64,000 nt of DNA from Asterias rubens (lineage: Eukaryota), in contig NC_047066.1 in assembly GCF_902459465.1 (NCBI RefSeq), positions 7,750,001 through 7,814,000 of the forward strand. The letters are read 5' to 3'. A program made the position numbers and the translations under genes. The notes under the pieces are model-generated. The model was given only the letters and a program-made list of their open reading frames with translations. It did not search any database and was not told the origin of the DNA. Below, in pieces: positions 36,401 through 47,962 of this stretch. The number at the start of each line of letters is the position of its first letter. Position 1 is the stretch's first letter.

Positions 36401-39400
36401 AATGGCAGTGTCATGGCCGAGCGGTTGAGAGCACCGGATTCAAGCACTGGTGTTTGATCGGCAGGGTGTGGGTTCGGATCCAGGTCGTGACACTTGCTAC
36501 ATAAAATTGGGGAGGTAGTGCTTTCTGCTCTATCGGCTCGGCTAGATTTTGAGTTGATGATACCCAAGCCTACATTCGTATGGACTGTAAAAGGAGTAAC
36601 CCTGTTTCAGCCCTAGGAGTAGGTGGCAACAGCCTCTGGAAACAAATAATTGTAGCCCACACCTTGAGTGGTCTTCAGGCCTTGTGTGTCAGGCGACTTG
36701 CTTAAAAAAAATTAAAAAAAATACATCAGCAGAATTTTTATCCTACATGTGTAGTTTCAGACCTTTTTGTAAGCATTTGGTAACGATGACTCTGATCCCT
36801 GATTCTCTCCCCCCTTACAGAGGCCATAGAGATACTGCCGTTAGCCAACACACCAGAGGTATTTGGGCTTCACCCCAATGCTGAGATTAACTACTACACC
36901 CAGGCAGCCAGGGACATGTGGGCTCAACTGGTGGAGCTCCAACCGCAAACAGGTGTGCTGCCCAACCCCCTGTCAGGCCATTAACAATTTTGTGCAACTA
37001 TGCTTTAGGCGTAAAATTCCCTGCACGATTTGTCAGTGAACCATTTGACTGTGTAGAAAAGTAGGAAAACTCACCAAGCTCAAAGTCAAAACCCAAAGTT
37101 GTCTATTGGCCCCTTTCAAATGTGAAACGCACCTCTCCAAATTTAGTGGGTAAATTCCTTTGTGTACAGTTTTACTCACAAAATTGGGCACAGGATAGTC
37201 ATGTTTAAAGGCAGTTGACACTATTGGTAATTACTCAAAATAATTATTATCATAAAACCTTTCTTGATTACGAGTAATGGGGAGAGGTTGATAGTATAAA
37301 ACATTGTGAGAAACAGCTCCCTCTGAAGTGACGTAGTTTTCGAGAAAGAATAAATTTTCCACGAATTTGATTTCGAGACCTCAGATTTAGAATTTGAGGT
37401 CTTTAAATCAAGCATCTGAAAGCACACAATTTCGTGTGACCATGGTGCGACAAGGGTGTTTTTTCTTTCATTAATATCTCGCAACTTCGATGACCGATTG
37501 AGCTCAAATTTCCACAGGTTTGTTATGTTATGCATATGTTGAGATACACCAACTGTGAAGACTAGTCTTTGACAATTACCAATAGTGTCCACTGCCTTTA
37601 AGTGTGCTGCGCATGGTGCATGAGGTCAGAAGAGATTTTTTGTTTTTACCTGTATTATTTCTAGTGGCAAGTTCCAAATCAGAATAATAGAACCAAAGCA
37701 TTGAGAATTCAATGACTTTGCTGAAAATCATACTGTGGAAATAAAAACATCACATTATTCATCGTTTCACTTCTCAGGCGAAACCGGCGCAGGGATCAGC
37801 CGAGAGGACTTCATCGCTAACATCGCCTCGGACATCCAGGGTAAGCTTCCAGCGCAGTTTGAGCTGGATAAGATCCGCAAGAAGTACGGCCTCGAGATCT
37901 CTCCGACCACCGTGGTGCTTCTACAAGAGTTGGAACGCTTCAATAGGCTGATCGCACGCATGGCTAAATCACTGGCTGAACTTCAGAGGGTAAGTCCATA
38001 CCCAATGCTCTGTGGCTTTCTTAATTTTGATTCGTGTTTATTTTTTGTTCTCTGTCTTATCAGAATTGGAGGCTTTTCCGGCTACAACTGTCGAAAGGGT
38101 GTTCTATACTTGTGGAGAACGCTGTTTTGTGAAAACATTTTTTACTTGACAAAATGGCCGTTTTAGTTCTCAAAGTAAAAGGAAAACCATGCAATTTCCA
38201 GGCCTATTTGTGTGAATCAGTTTTTTCTGCCTTTAAAACATCTTTCTAATAAAAGGTTACAAATTCTTCTGATAGACCAACTCGCCCAATTCAAGGAAAC
38301 GTGTCCCTTTAAACTTCCCCTTATTTCTTCCTTACAAAGATCTAGTTTACCAACCTACACACAACCAGGATCTTTGAGTTGGAACGTAATTTTTTTTTTG
38401 TGACCTGGGGTGGATTTCACAAAGAGTTAGGACTAGTCCTAGCTTAGGACTAGTCCTAGGAGATATTCAAATTGCATGGTTAGTCCTAAGTTAGGACGAG
38501 TAACTGGTCCTAACTGCAGATAAGACTGGTCCTAACTCTTTGTGAAATCCACCCCTGCTTCTTCTGTGAAAGACGCTCGATTGAAGCCGAATAAATTGCA
38601 TTAATTTCTAGTTTCCATAATTGTCCATAATTGCCGTAAAAAATCAATCTTTGGAGAAAGGAAGTAGAAACCAAAACTAACTGCATTATTTCCAGTAGTT
38701 TTACAAAAGGAAGCGCCTATTCTGTGATTCTTTGATTCAGTCAAAAAGTCAAATTCAATGACGTGTTGATTTAATATCATTGCAATTCAGGAATGAACTA
38801 AAAAATTAGAAAACACAAATAAACATGTTAAGACTGATTTGATGTTATTGGATGTTTTGGGATGTTGTAAAACTTCAACTGACAGGGTGTTATTATACAA
38901 TTGAATTTTACACTCTTTTATTGTGAGGTACGAGAATTGTAATTTTGTTTCAACTTTCATAAAGGAAAATTAATGCCGCACAATCAAAACCCCAGAAAAA
39001 AGATTGATGAATTATTTGTCCTCGTGCATAAAACTCAATTGGTTGAGCCACAAACAGTGTTCGGTTGAGTTGTCTTAGAAAATATTTCTGCTACATGCTT
39101 GATTATTTCATTTTTATTTCATGGCTTTAGAGCTTGAATTCTCATAAATTGAGTCTTCAGAGTTACCAACCAAAGTTCTATTCGTAGCATATTGCTTGTT
39201 ACTGGTATTCAGCTGTTGTTTGCTTATCCTGAATATCACATGGAAATTTGGTTGGGAGTCCTGTTCTTATCAAGAAAGAAATTTCACCCTTAGCAAATTT
39301 GTGTGCAAAGCAGCTCTATGAAATTGGGCCCTGGTTAGGATTAGTTTTGTATATGGTCTGAATCGTTGACAGTTCTTTCAGAAGAAGAAAAGGCATTGTT

Positions 39401-42400
39401 GACCTGCTCAGCAGAGAAAGAATTTAGTTTGATTTAATCACGAGAATGCCAACCCTCTGATTTGTTTGTTCCGTTTTACACATGTACATGCCTCCATCGC
39501 AGTTTTATTTGTAGCTTCTAAGGGAGAACCTAGGGAGAACCAGTAACGAATAACAGCACAAAACCTTGTGCATTGTTTACGTCTCAAACTCTAATCAATT
39601 TAACTGAATTTAATTGTTCAATCAACCTCCCAGCCCTCTGGCTATTTATTCCTGACATCCTTGGTTCTATTTGAGAGATATTGCTTTCTTGTATAATGCA
39701 ATGAAGCTTGGCAAATTTTCATAAGGAAATGCTCCGGAGAGTCATTTAATTCAATTTTGTTTGTTGACTGGAATGAGTTTCTAATCAGAAAGAGGGTCTT
39801 TTGAAATATTGGAGAAACCAGTGTGCAAAACAGAAGGGACGAAACACAAAAGAGAAATCATTATTAACTTGAGACTTATGAGGGTTATTTTGCAGAAAGT
39901 AGGGGGTAGGTCATGTATAAGGGTCTGCCGTTGATTTCACCAAACTCTTCCTAACTTGGGATTAATCTTAGGACTTAGGACGGGTTCAGTTCCTTATCCA
40001 AATACGTAGGATGCATTGAACCCATCCTAGGTTACCCGTCCTAACTCGAGTTAGGATTAATCCTAGCGTTTCGTGAAATCGTCCGCAGGGTACATTCATT
40101 TTAAACAGTTTGAAGAAAAAGATAGAAAGCTTTCCTTAAAATATTACTTGCTGGTGGTGCTGTAGTATTTGAGTAAAACAATGTCACAAACATTATTTTA
40201 GTCTCAGTTTTAGCATAACATACCATAACTGGTTAATACATTTTTTACATGCAAAATAATTTTCATCTCACTAAAGTGAGACACAAAATTGTTTTTTGTC
40301 TCATTTCTCAAAAACTGCAGCACCTCTGCAAGTAATTTTTTAATGGTAGCTTTCTACTATCATTAAGAATAAGTTTAATGTAAATCTGTGGACACTATGT
40401 TTCATGAAAAAAAAAGTACCAAAATCCTTTAAAGGTATGGCCAAATCCCAATCCATTAAGCTCTGCTTTAAGGATAGGGTCACAGATTGGTAAACGCTGC
40501 AAAAAATTTACTACCGCAAAAACTTTCTTGTTGAGAAGCGATGCAGATTTTTCATTTAGATTCTGGTCTTATAAAAATAATTGTACCCCATTAACAACAC
40601 TGAGCTACAAAACCCCACTGTCTTGAGGTTTTTTCATCAAAACTGGAGCATTAATAATGGCTCACTTTCACTAATTTAATCTTTATTATAGCCAAATAAG
40701 GGTAAATGCTTGCTGTGAGTAACAAACATAAAAAACATTTAAAAACAATTCTTGTTATTGCATTCCTTTTTTTTGCATTTCTTATTTTCCACCTTTGACA
40801 TTCTATTTATCCTCCTCCCTGTTTCCCGATTCCAGGCTCTTAAAGGTGAAGTTGGAATGAGCAGCGAGCTTGACGATGTCGCGAGGGCGCTCTTCAATGG
40901 CCAGATCCCCAATATATGGCGCCGTCTGGCCCCAGACACACTCAAAGGTCTGGGCAACTGGATGCTTCATTTCCAGAAGCGTTTTACTCAGTACACCACT
41001 TGGGTAAGAATTTTCTCTTTTTTTCCCCTTTTTTGTTCTTCTCTCTCATCAGATAAGTTTATAATAGTAATGCTCCTGGGTTCACTCTAGCAGTTGTATT
41101 CAGCAAAAACATTCTTATTTCAGGCATGTGAGACTTCTTCTTTTCAGCTGATTTCCTCTCTTTTGGTTTTGATTTTCCCCTTTTTTCTTCGTTTTCTGTA
41201 TACAAAAGTATTGGAATATTATCTTGTCGTCTTTTTTTCTTGCCCGGTTTTCTCTTTTCCACTTCTTTTTTTTGTCATGGATAGTCACTCACATGCCTGT
41301 TATTTAAAGGTTGTTTTGGTGTTTGTTGTTTGTTTTGCTTGTTTGGTTTGTATGTATTTAAACATGTACATGACAGTTTACTACACAAGTTTTTATTTTC
41401 TGTGAGGTATTAAATTGTCTACAATTTCTTGGTTGATCACACACAACATAAACACTGTCTGTGAAGGTATACCTTTTAAATGGGTCAGTGTAAGAGATAT
41501 CATCATTCGACATAGACTTGCGCCCTTGGCTGCCTCATCCTCAAATTGTAATGGAGCCACCGCCATCCCCTGTTCTCTTTCAGTCGCCGCTCTTCTCAGC
41601 TCTCCTATACTTCAACTACTCCACTTAGTCACATTGTCTATCCAGTGCAGCTTAGGGCTGACCCACTTAAACCATTACCCAAAGGAAGCGGTTCTAACCT
41701 AGAAGAATATTCAAGGAACAATATTTCAGTCGCCACAGAAATTTCATAAGAAAAAAAAGGACAATAGATGAACATCGGAGTACTTACCAATTATGTTGAG
41801 AGTTTTGTATGGGGGGGGGGGGGGGGGGTAGATGGAAGTAAATGAGGGTATCTGAGTTGTGAATTAAATTTTGTATGTGGGTCGAGCCAATTTCAATACC
41901 AACTCTATTCCAATTTCTTCGACTCGGATGTTTTTTCTTAGTATTATTTATATAATGAGTAGGGTAGATGGCCTTAGCTTTTCGATCCAAACCGGACCTC
42001 ATATATTATTATTTTATTTTTTTAGCAAGGGGAGCATTTTCATTTTGTAGTTTTTGTTTTGTTTTTGTTTTTATGATTTAAATTATGACAGGAGTCATAT
42101 CTTGTTATTATAGGTTTTCAGTCAAATTCATTCAATTTCATTAACACACATTCAAATTCATGCATTTTCCCCTAGTCTACTCTAGTCTATTTTTCGAAAT
42201 TTAAACTATCTTTTTTAAAACACCTTTTTAAAAATGGTTGTTTCAGTTTTATTTTGATTATTTACCTAGTTCCAATTAATTAATGTTCATTTATCCTTCT
42301 CCCATTTCTTTTCAAGGCTTGTTGTTTTGAGCACTAATTAAACATGTTTTTATTTTTATTTAAAGACCTTTCTATCTCAACGTCACAGCCCAAGTTTTTG

Positions 42401-45400
42401 CCAACCGAAGTTGGAAAACTATGGAAAGCCATACATGCAAATAAAAAACAGATGGCTACAGTTTGTAACGTCACAAAACTATTCCAAAATAGCGCTTAAT
42501 TTTGTGGGAAATAAAGCAACCAATCTTGGGAGGTGTTTTATTTAATTGAAAGTTTGCAAACATTTTTTTAATTTTGTCCCATTATCTGTTAAAGGCAGTG
42601 GACACTATTGGTAATTACGCAAAATAATTATTAGCATAAAACCTTATTTAGTAACTAGTATTGGGTGGCTGTTGACAGTATAAAACATTGTGAGAAACGG
42701 CTCCCTCTGAAGTACCATAGTTTTCAAGAAAGAAGTAATTTTCCACGAATTTGATTTCGAGACCTCAGATTTAGAATTTGAGGTCTCGAAATCAAGCATC
42801 TGAAAGCACACAACTTTGTGTAACAAGGTTGTTTTTTCTTTCATTATTATCTCGCAACTTCTGCGACCGATTGAGCTCAAAATTTCACAGGTTTGTTATT
42901 TTATACAGATGTTGAGATACACCAAGTGAGAAGACTGGTCTTCGACAATTACCGATAGTGTCCAGTGTCTTTATTACAATGGAGTGTTTCGCCAACATTC
43001 ATCCATCCATGCCAACCAGCGTGGGTTGTTTATCAACAATGGAAAGGTCTTTTTGTATAGTTAATAGTCGTCTTCTTTTTTTTCCCTCCACTAGGTCAAC
43101 GAGAGTGAGCCACCTGTTATGTGGCTGAGTGGTCTCCACATCCCAGAGTCCTACCTGACTGCCCTGGTGCAGGCAACCTGCCGTAAGAACGGTTGGCCCC
43201 TGGATAAATCCACCCTGTATACTGCCGTGACCCAGTACATGACCCCTGATGAGGTCAGTGAGCGCGCTCACTCTGGTAAGTAGTCTTTGTAAATTATTTT
43301 GTTTTCAGCCGTCATGCAGAATGCTACGGGAACGAAGGTCTTTTGGTGTGATATGCATTATTACGCACATGTTGTTTCAGCAACTTATTTGTTGGGTGCC
43401 ACAAGTTGTTCTTGAGGGAACTCCGACGATATGCACACAGAACATTAGCTCAAATAAAACTGGCATACTTGCTGAGCCTGGCATTATCTTGCTCAGGAGC
43501 AACTGGTTACCAGTCCTAAAGACATGTATTGTTTATGACTGGTTTTTCGAACAAATTGCTTAAAATTGGGTTGAGGTGTCAGACTTTGAGCTTGAGGAAC
43601 GTACATTGTTACTAAATCAAATTGAATATCTTGCAGGCGAGCTCCCTCACCTAGAGGTAAAAAAGCGATTGTCATTGGCTAAACTTGTGTGCCCCGCATA
43701 CAAATCTGTACGTTTTGATTGTTTCCTCATTGTTTTACCTCTAAGATGGCAGCTGGATGACATCCATGCATAAGGTTTAATGGCACCAGCCTACAACCTC
43801 AGATGGCGATTGTAACCTTTATATTGTATCTGCCCACCACAGGTTGCTTTGTGACTGGTCTATACCTAGAGGGAGCCTCATGGTCCAAGGAAGATTGCTG
43901 TCTCTCTAGACCCAAACCCAAACAGCTCATTGAGGAGCTTCCCATCTTGAAAGTCATTCCCATTGAGGCTCATCGACTCAAGCTTCAGGTACGTTGATTG
44001 CTCTTCTCGGAGTTAAGTTGTTTCGGCAAAGTTTTGCTTAGTCCATGCTCTGTGGACCCCTTGCACTGACTTGCACTGACACCAGTCACTACTGTTCCAT
44101 CTGCCCATGGCCTGCCAATTCAGAAATCAACATGCATATAAAGTTGTGCATCTGTGTGTTGTGTCATACTGTGTTGCCTAAATGCGCACTGCACAGTAGT
44201 GGCGCAAGCAATATTTTAGTGTATGACAATTATGTGTTATCATCATGTGAACAGATGGCACTAGCACGGAAGGTGCAGTTGTGCGATTTAACGCTTCATG
44301 ATCAATTATCACATAACGGGTCGGGTGTGGTGTTGCACGCGCAACGAATGCCTAATGCAAGTTACCCATGATCAGTAGCTGATAAATCTGACTACATATC
44401 ATGTGGTTATGCGTGTACTATGAGTTTATACCATCTCAATAATACCCTCTTTGCTTGTGTTTTTTTTTCTTTCTTTTTTTAGCAAACCACGTCAAATTTT
44501 CTTGTTTTGCTTTTTTGTTGCAGCAATTGTACTTATCTTACATTTCATTTATTTTGTTTGTTCTGATTGCCACTTCATTCTTTTCTTGTAATCTGATTGA
44601 GTGATAGTATTTTTTCTGGCATTTTTTTGCGCGGGGCTACACTGTTTGGACTTTGAAAACAACACAATAAAGAGGACAATTTTGCGTCCATCACATTAGC
44701 CGTAGTTGTAAAATATCTGAAAATTTCCCCCAACAAATTGGCTTATACTGAAAATTATTTGAGTTGATTCATTGTCATTGTGATGGTTGTTGTTTTGGGG
44801 GGGGGCTTTATTGCTCTCAAATTTCAATCAAAAATTTGCAAAAATAGTTGCCCAATTTTCCGGCTATTATTTGATTGAAATTTTACTGGTATTGACCCAA
44901 TTCACCTGACGTCATCATCAGAATAGTCTTATATGCGCCATTTTGGTGGTCAATATCAACGTGTGTTACTCAGATCAGTGCACATTTAAGGCGAGTCTGC
45001 ATTAACACGTAAACCTGTTGACAACCAAAATGGGGAGCGTGGCATCAGTCGTTGCGTGTGACACGCGTGCAAGGGGTCAATCAAACAAAATTCACAGGTT
45101 GAAAAGTCTCAGGTACTCAAAGGAAAATAACAACTGTTTGAAAAAATATACTAACATGACGATGCAAAGTAGGGACCCTTTATTTTGTTTCTTTTCAAAA
45201 TATACAATATTTGTTATTAGCTCAGGTGGTGATATGTCAGACAGGTGTAGAAACTAGCAATAGTATATAAAGTTGCTGATTGCAGATTATTCTACTTAAT
45301 TTAAAACCAAGTTACTGTAACATCACAGAAATATTTTGAAACCCAAGTAGACCATCAAGTTCTGGTGTTGAAAGTCATTGGAGTGTGGATTCGAATCCTG

Positions 45401-45711
45401 GAAATACTAACGGAATGTTATTGGCAGGTTGAGATGTTATTGTGAAATGTGCTGTATAAGAACTAGTTATTATTATATTATTATTATCATATACGAATGG
45501 AATTGATTTGCCAGAGGAGCCAACATAAATATATATTTTTCCCCCATCTATGTTTCTTTCACAGAACACATTCCGTACACCTGTCTACACCACGTCACAG
45601 CGGCGTAACGCCATGGGTGTAGGGCTGGTGTTTGAAGCAGACCTGGGTACATCAGAGCACATCTCCCACTGGGTCCTACAAGGGGTGTGCCTCGTACTCA
45701 ATACGGACTAG
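459..45711 (+). CDS. DNAH10: Dynein axonemal heavy chain 10-like, 5'-partial, 48 exons (distal tail/linker, AAA1-6, stalk, C-terminal domain)
   Basis: Exons read by eye, all GT-AG: 459-670, 2331-2487, 2876-3109, 3886-4008, 4654-4887, 5834-6060, 6398-6569, 6996-7096, 7486-7669, 8225-8359, 9315-9467, 10103-10291, 10826-10972, 11517-11708, 12151-12269, 12751-13045, 13598-13855, 14696-14959, 15552-15767, 16611-16763, 17445-17579, 18290-18688, 19553-19717, 20698-20827, 21152-21675, 22256-22453, 23072-23305, 23888-23985, 24475-24640, 25093-25245, 25745-25962, 26438-26659, 27332-27479, 27968-28103, 29049-29203, 29719-29937, 30593-30866, 31537-31793, 32599-32937, 33865-34065, 34621-34926, 35392-35563, 36821-36952, 37778-37989, 40836-41003, 43095-43275, 43843-43988, 45565-45711. 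The total is 9600 nt, open throughout. It contains four P-loops, [22 protein letters not shown] and the C-terminus [14 protein letters not shown]. Paralogue assignment is by recalled similarity to DNAH10. Confidence 0.93.
748..1111. mobile_element. Kolobok-like non-autonomous element, family B
   Basis: TIRs AGCCATTGGACCCTTTCGGTA / TACCGAAAAGGGTCCAATGGCT; TTAA at 744-747 and 1112-1115. Confidence 0.75.
1116..1493. mobile_element. Kolobok-like family A copy (inverted relative to 15-393)
   Basis: Same TIRs and body in reverse complement; TTAA at 1112-1115 and 1494-1497. Confidence 0.8.
1866..2295 (+). mobile_element. L2-clade LINE 3' remnant
   Basis: Translates [25 protein letters not shown]...[18 protein letters not shown]...[10 protein letters not shown], followed by a gcgctatacaaat motif and (TTA)n tail. 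Confidence 0.8.
3297..3756 (+). repeat. Dispersed 460-bp repeat ending in a long palindrome; second copy at about 34114-34573
   Basis: The two copies align over their length; the 3' 176 bp is an imperfect inverted repeat. Confidence 0.75.
5150..5514 (+). mobile_element. L2-clade LINE 3' remnant
   Basis: [18 protein letters not shown]...[14 protein letters not shown] and a (TTA)n tail. Confidence 0.82.
6575..6960 (-). mobile_element. 5'-truncated non-LTR retrotransposon with restriction-like endonuclease (R4/Dong- or HERO-like)
   Basis: ORF 6640-6951: [30 protein letters not shown]...VVVGAL, then a short 3' UTR ending in AATAATAA. Confidence 0.75.
7880..8150 (+). mobile_element. L2-like 3' remnant with inverted 5' segment
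   Basis: Minus strand 7885-7950 reads [17 protein letters not shown]. Plus strand from about 7960 reads [15 protein letters not shown] with a frameshift, followed by a (GTAT)n-like tail. Confidence 0.55.
8258..8281 (+). other. Dynein AAA1 Walker A (GPAGTGKT)
   Basis: GGC CCA GCG GGT ACT GGG AAG ACT within exon 8225-8359. Walker B CFDEFNR is in exon 9315-9467. Confidence 0.95.
9050..9270 (-). mobile_element. tRNA-like SINE family (copies also at about 27605-27690, 33000-33300, 46644-46783)
   Basis: A box TGGTCTAGTTGG, D-arm GTCT/AGAC, T-arm GTGGA-TTCGAAT-CCCAC; no valid anticodon arm. Confidence 0.6.
12211..12234 (+). other. Dynein AAA2 Walker A (GPTGGGKT)
   Basis: Direct translation of exon 12151-12269. 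Confidence 0.92.
14193..14569. mobile_element. Kolobok-like family C
   Basis: TIRs AGGAACGTTACAGAATTGGT / ACCAATTCTGTAATGTTCCT with TTAA flanks. A decayed inverted copy lies at about 24670-25025. Confidence 0.72.
15699..15722 (+). other. Dynein AAA3 Walker A (GDTGTSKT)
   Basis: Direct translation of exon 15552-15767. Confidence 0.9.
16022..16398. mobile_element. Kolobok-like family D
   Basis: TTAAAAGATGCTATGTCAGATTTTTGGCC ... GGCCAAAAATCTGACAAAGCATTTTTAA. Confidence 0.65.
16800..17320 (+). mobile_element. CR1-group LINE RT C-terminal remnant with frameshifts
   Basis: [16 protein letters not shown]...LLDRVQN...[12 protein letters not shown]...[28 protein letters not shown] related minus-strand piece lies at about 26790-27030. 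Confidence 0.75.
17559..18060 (+). repeat. Minisatellite of 43-bp then 62-bp units containing the exon end and 5' splice site
   Basis: Unit TTCATCGCTTCTATGGGAAAG|GTAGGCTTTGACTTTTATTCTG; 10 donor copies. Confidence 0.95.
19848..20193. mobile_element. Kolobok-like element related to family A
   Basis: TTAA flanks, GTTTGGTAATT subterminal match at both ends, body similar to family A. Confidence 0.65.
20821..21168 (+). other. Dynein AAA4 Walker A (GVGGSGKQ), split by a phase-1 intron
   Basis: GGT GTC G|gtgagt ... aacag|GT GGA AGT GGC AAG CAG. Confidence 0.9.
23072..25962 (+). other. Dynein stalk coiled coils and microtubule-binding domain exons
   Basis: Coiled-coil exons ([23 protein letters not shown]; [19 protein letters not shown]) flank [30 protein letters not shown]...SWKSAKAMM. 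Confidence 0.85.
24012..24161. mobile_element. Palindromic MITE, about 150 bp
   Basis: CAATGAGAGACTTTC...GAAAGTCTCCTATTG with internal TACCGGGTAAAT/ATTTACCCGGTA arms. Confidence 0.6.
28468..28716. mobile_element. MITE with GGCCCAATTTCATAGAGCTGCT-type TIRs
   Basis: Inverted ends with CWG-like flanks; partial relatives at about 39170-39333 and 29965-30240. Confidence 0.6.
28740..28982 (-). mobile_element. tRNA-derived SINE with CORE-like body
   Basis: Minus strand GTGTCATGGCCTAGTGG ... GGGTTCGAACC ... GACACTTGTGTCCTTGAGCAAG ... TAAATGGGTAAC. A + copy lies at about 13290-13540. Confidence 0.6.
33034..33221. mobile_element. MITE with TTGACCC/GGGTCAA ends, about 190 bp; copies at 33524-33710 and 44892-45080
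   Basis: Three alignable copies with TA on the left flank and TA/TC on the right; the other two copies carry TGACGTCA. Confidence 0.7.
36405..36715 (+). mobile_element. tRNA-derived SINE, full length
   Basis: A box TGGCCGAGCGG, B box GGTTCGGATCC, conserved body and A-rich tail. Other copies are at about 22578-22895 (+) and 11120-11360 (-, 3' half). Confidence 0.75.
37209..37597. mobile_element. Kolobok-like family A copy
   Basis: Full TIRs; TTAA at 37205-37208 and 37598-37601. Confidence 0.8.
38407..38555. mobile_element. PIF/Harbinger-like MITE (GGGGTGGATTTCACAAAG TIR); copies at 62011-62156 and 32417-32526 (deleted)
   Basis: Long TIRs, internal TAGGACTAGTCCTA subrepeats, CWG-type flanks. 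Confidence 0.65.
41520..41680 (-). mobile_element. Possible RTE-clade LINE C-terminal remnant
   Basis: Minus strand reads [25 protein letters not shown], resembling the GRP..RW.D.I..W end of RTE ORFs. Confidence 0.35.
42593..42970. mobile_element. Kolobok-like family A copy
   Basis: Full TIRs; left flank TTAA, right flank TTAT. Confidence 0.78.
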
Positions 45712-46457
45712 AGAAAAGTGTCTTGAGGCAACCCTTCACAGGCAACTTGTCCGCAACCAACGCAGTGCATGCTGCAGGACCACCTTGGTATAGCATAGGA
45801 GTAATTTTTCAAACAATGTTTTTACGATCGCAAAGTAAAATGTGAACATTCAGATGTGAATGCCTTTTCATCTTTGAGATTGCCTGGACATGGTTGCCTG
45901 TAATTTGGTAAATACGTTGTACTTGCTAAAATAATTTTCGTCTCCTGAGACGAAAATTATTTTTAAATTTGTTTAATCGGTTCTCAAAAACTACAGCTCC
46001 TCAGCAAGTAATATTTTCAGGGAAGCCTTCTACTATCATTATCCTCAAACTGTGTAAGTTTAATGTAAATCTGTGGACATTGTGTTTTGTGTACTACAAA
46101 AAAATATCCAGACCCTTTAACTTGTGATGCACTTGTTTACCGTGGAGCCTGGGTCCGATTTCATCTTAAGATTCATCTTAAGATGCGTTGTCAATATTAC
46201 CATAGTGATTTGTGTTATTGATACACAGTTAAGATTAGTTTTAGCTCTTTGTGAAATCGGGCGTGTTTTTGTTTTACACTCGTTCGAGAATTCAGCGCGA
46301 CAAATTCTCTCAGGCCATGTGATATCCCCTTTAAGGCTAGTTGTGTAACAGTGACCTTGCATCTAAGTTTGACCTTTATGGAAGGTTGATGAAGATGTTT
46401 TTGTTGAGATTGTTTTTTAAATTTGTTTTATTGTGCAAACACAATACAGTTAATAAT

Positions 46458-46870
46458 AACTGATTTACTTAGCACTGTAAATTACATGCAGGATTGAATT
46501 TAATTGGTGTACTTGGCACTGTTAATGACTTGCAGGATTGAATTTAACTGATTTACTTGGCGCTGTTAATGACTTGCAGGATTGAATTTAACTGATTTAC
46601 TTGGCGCTGTTAATGACTTGCAGGATTGAATTTAATTGGTGTATTACTCGGGTTCAATTCCCACCTGAGTAATAATATGCCTAAGATTTTTTTCCACAGA
46701 ACTCAGGAAAGTACTGAGTAGGTACTGAGTATACAGTGCTAACACACATCGGTGTTTATGGGTAAAACCAAAATCAATATTATTTGGTGTACTTGGCACT
46801 TTTAATGACTTGCAGAACTGAATTTAACTGATTTACTTGGCGCTGTAAATTACTTGCATGATTGAATTTA
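46458..46870 (+). repeat. 44-bp minisatellite interrupted by a SINE fragment
   Basis: Unit TTGCAGGATTGAATTTAACTGATTTACTTGGCGCTGTTAATGAC; insertion at 46644-46783. Confidence 0.85.
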
Positions 46871-47205
46871 TGTGTGTGAATCCTTAAAATCCTCAGCAGC
46901 CTGTGTGTGACAGCTGCACCATATCTTTTAAAAAAAAAAACACACAGGGAATATCTGCTCTGAAATTATAAAATAATCTAATAACAAAATAATGTCTATT
47001 CTGGAAACCCAGACAAGTTTCAAACATACTGCAGAAAGACAACAATTTGTATAATACATATTTTTAATGTAATTTGTTTTCTCTGGAACTCTGGAGTAAT
47101 AATATTTTTTCTTTCAAGATATATTACTCTTAAGAATTTTGTTTTCTAACAATCAATCTGTGCCTTGAATTATAGTAGATAGTTAATCAACTTAAATCCT
47201 TGGAA

Positions 47206-47575
47206 CGGAAAGTAATAATATCAAAGTCTTATATAGCGCACGTATCTACCAAACAAGGTACTCAAGGCGGCGAGTATATACAAACTTTCAGAAAGATATT
47301 ACAGTGGTTATTGCAGTGATGGATTCTGAGACCCAATTATGTAGCACCTTCTTAGGGTTTACAAGGTGCTACGGCGCATTCAGCAGCCACAGCCAGAAAC
47401 ACCGGGGCGAACCCCTTCTCTGTTCGATAAGTGCACTGGGTTCTTTTACATGCGTTACACAACACATAGGACCACTGGCTTTACATCCCATCTGAAGGAC
47501 GAAGCAATGGCTTAAGTCTCTTGCTTAAGGACACAAGTGTCACGGCTTGGGATTCAAACCCACACTCTGCTGAGT
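47206..47575 (-). mobile_element. DeuSINE/Nin-domain SINE
   Basis: Minus strand: GTCCTTCAGATGGGATGTAAAGCC...AAAGAACCCAGTGCACTTATCG...AGGGGTTCGCCCCGGTGTTTCTGGC, matching the recalled Deu/Nin core, with an L2-type tail. Confidence 0.65.
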
Positions 47576-47962
47576 TATAGAGACAAACATTATTCGAAGG
47601 AACAGGTAATTTCTAAATTGAGATTCAAGACACACTACCTTGGCAATGTAAATACACAGCGGTCAGCGGTTTGAATTTCATTTGCGCTCTGTGAGACGGT
47701 AAACCATGGAATGCGCGTGTGTTGCTCCGTTTTCAGAAGATTTTGAGAATTCATGAACCAGAAATTATCTTGTTTTATGTTTTAAATAAAAATTAACTAT
47801 TTGATGTGTAACGTTCTTGCATTGTTGCAGAATATGCACTGACAGCATCGGTTGTGTGAATAATAATTAAATTCGTCTGAACAAACAGAATGGTGGATAG
47901 ATAACCAGTCTGTTTGTTCACCTTTTAGACAAAGGGTCACTGCTTCATGTTTTGAAACTTAA

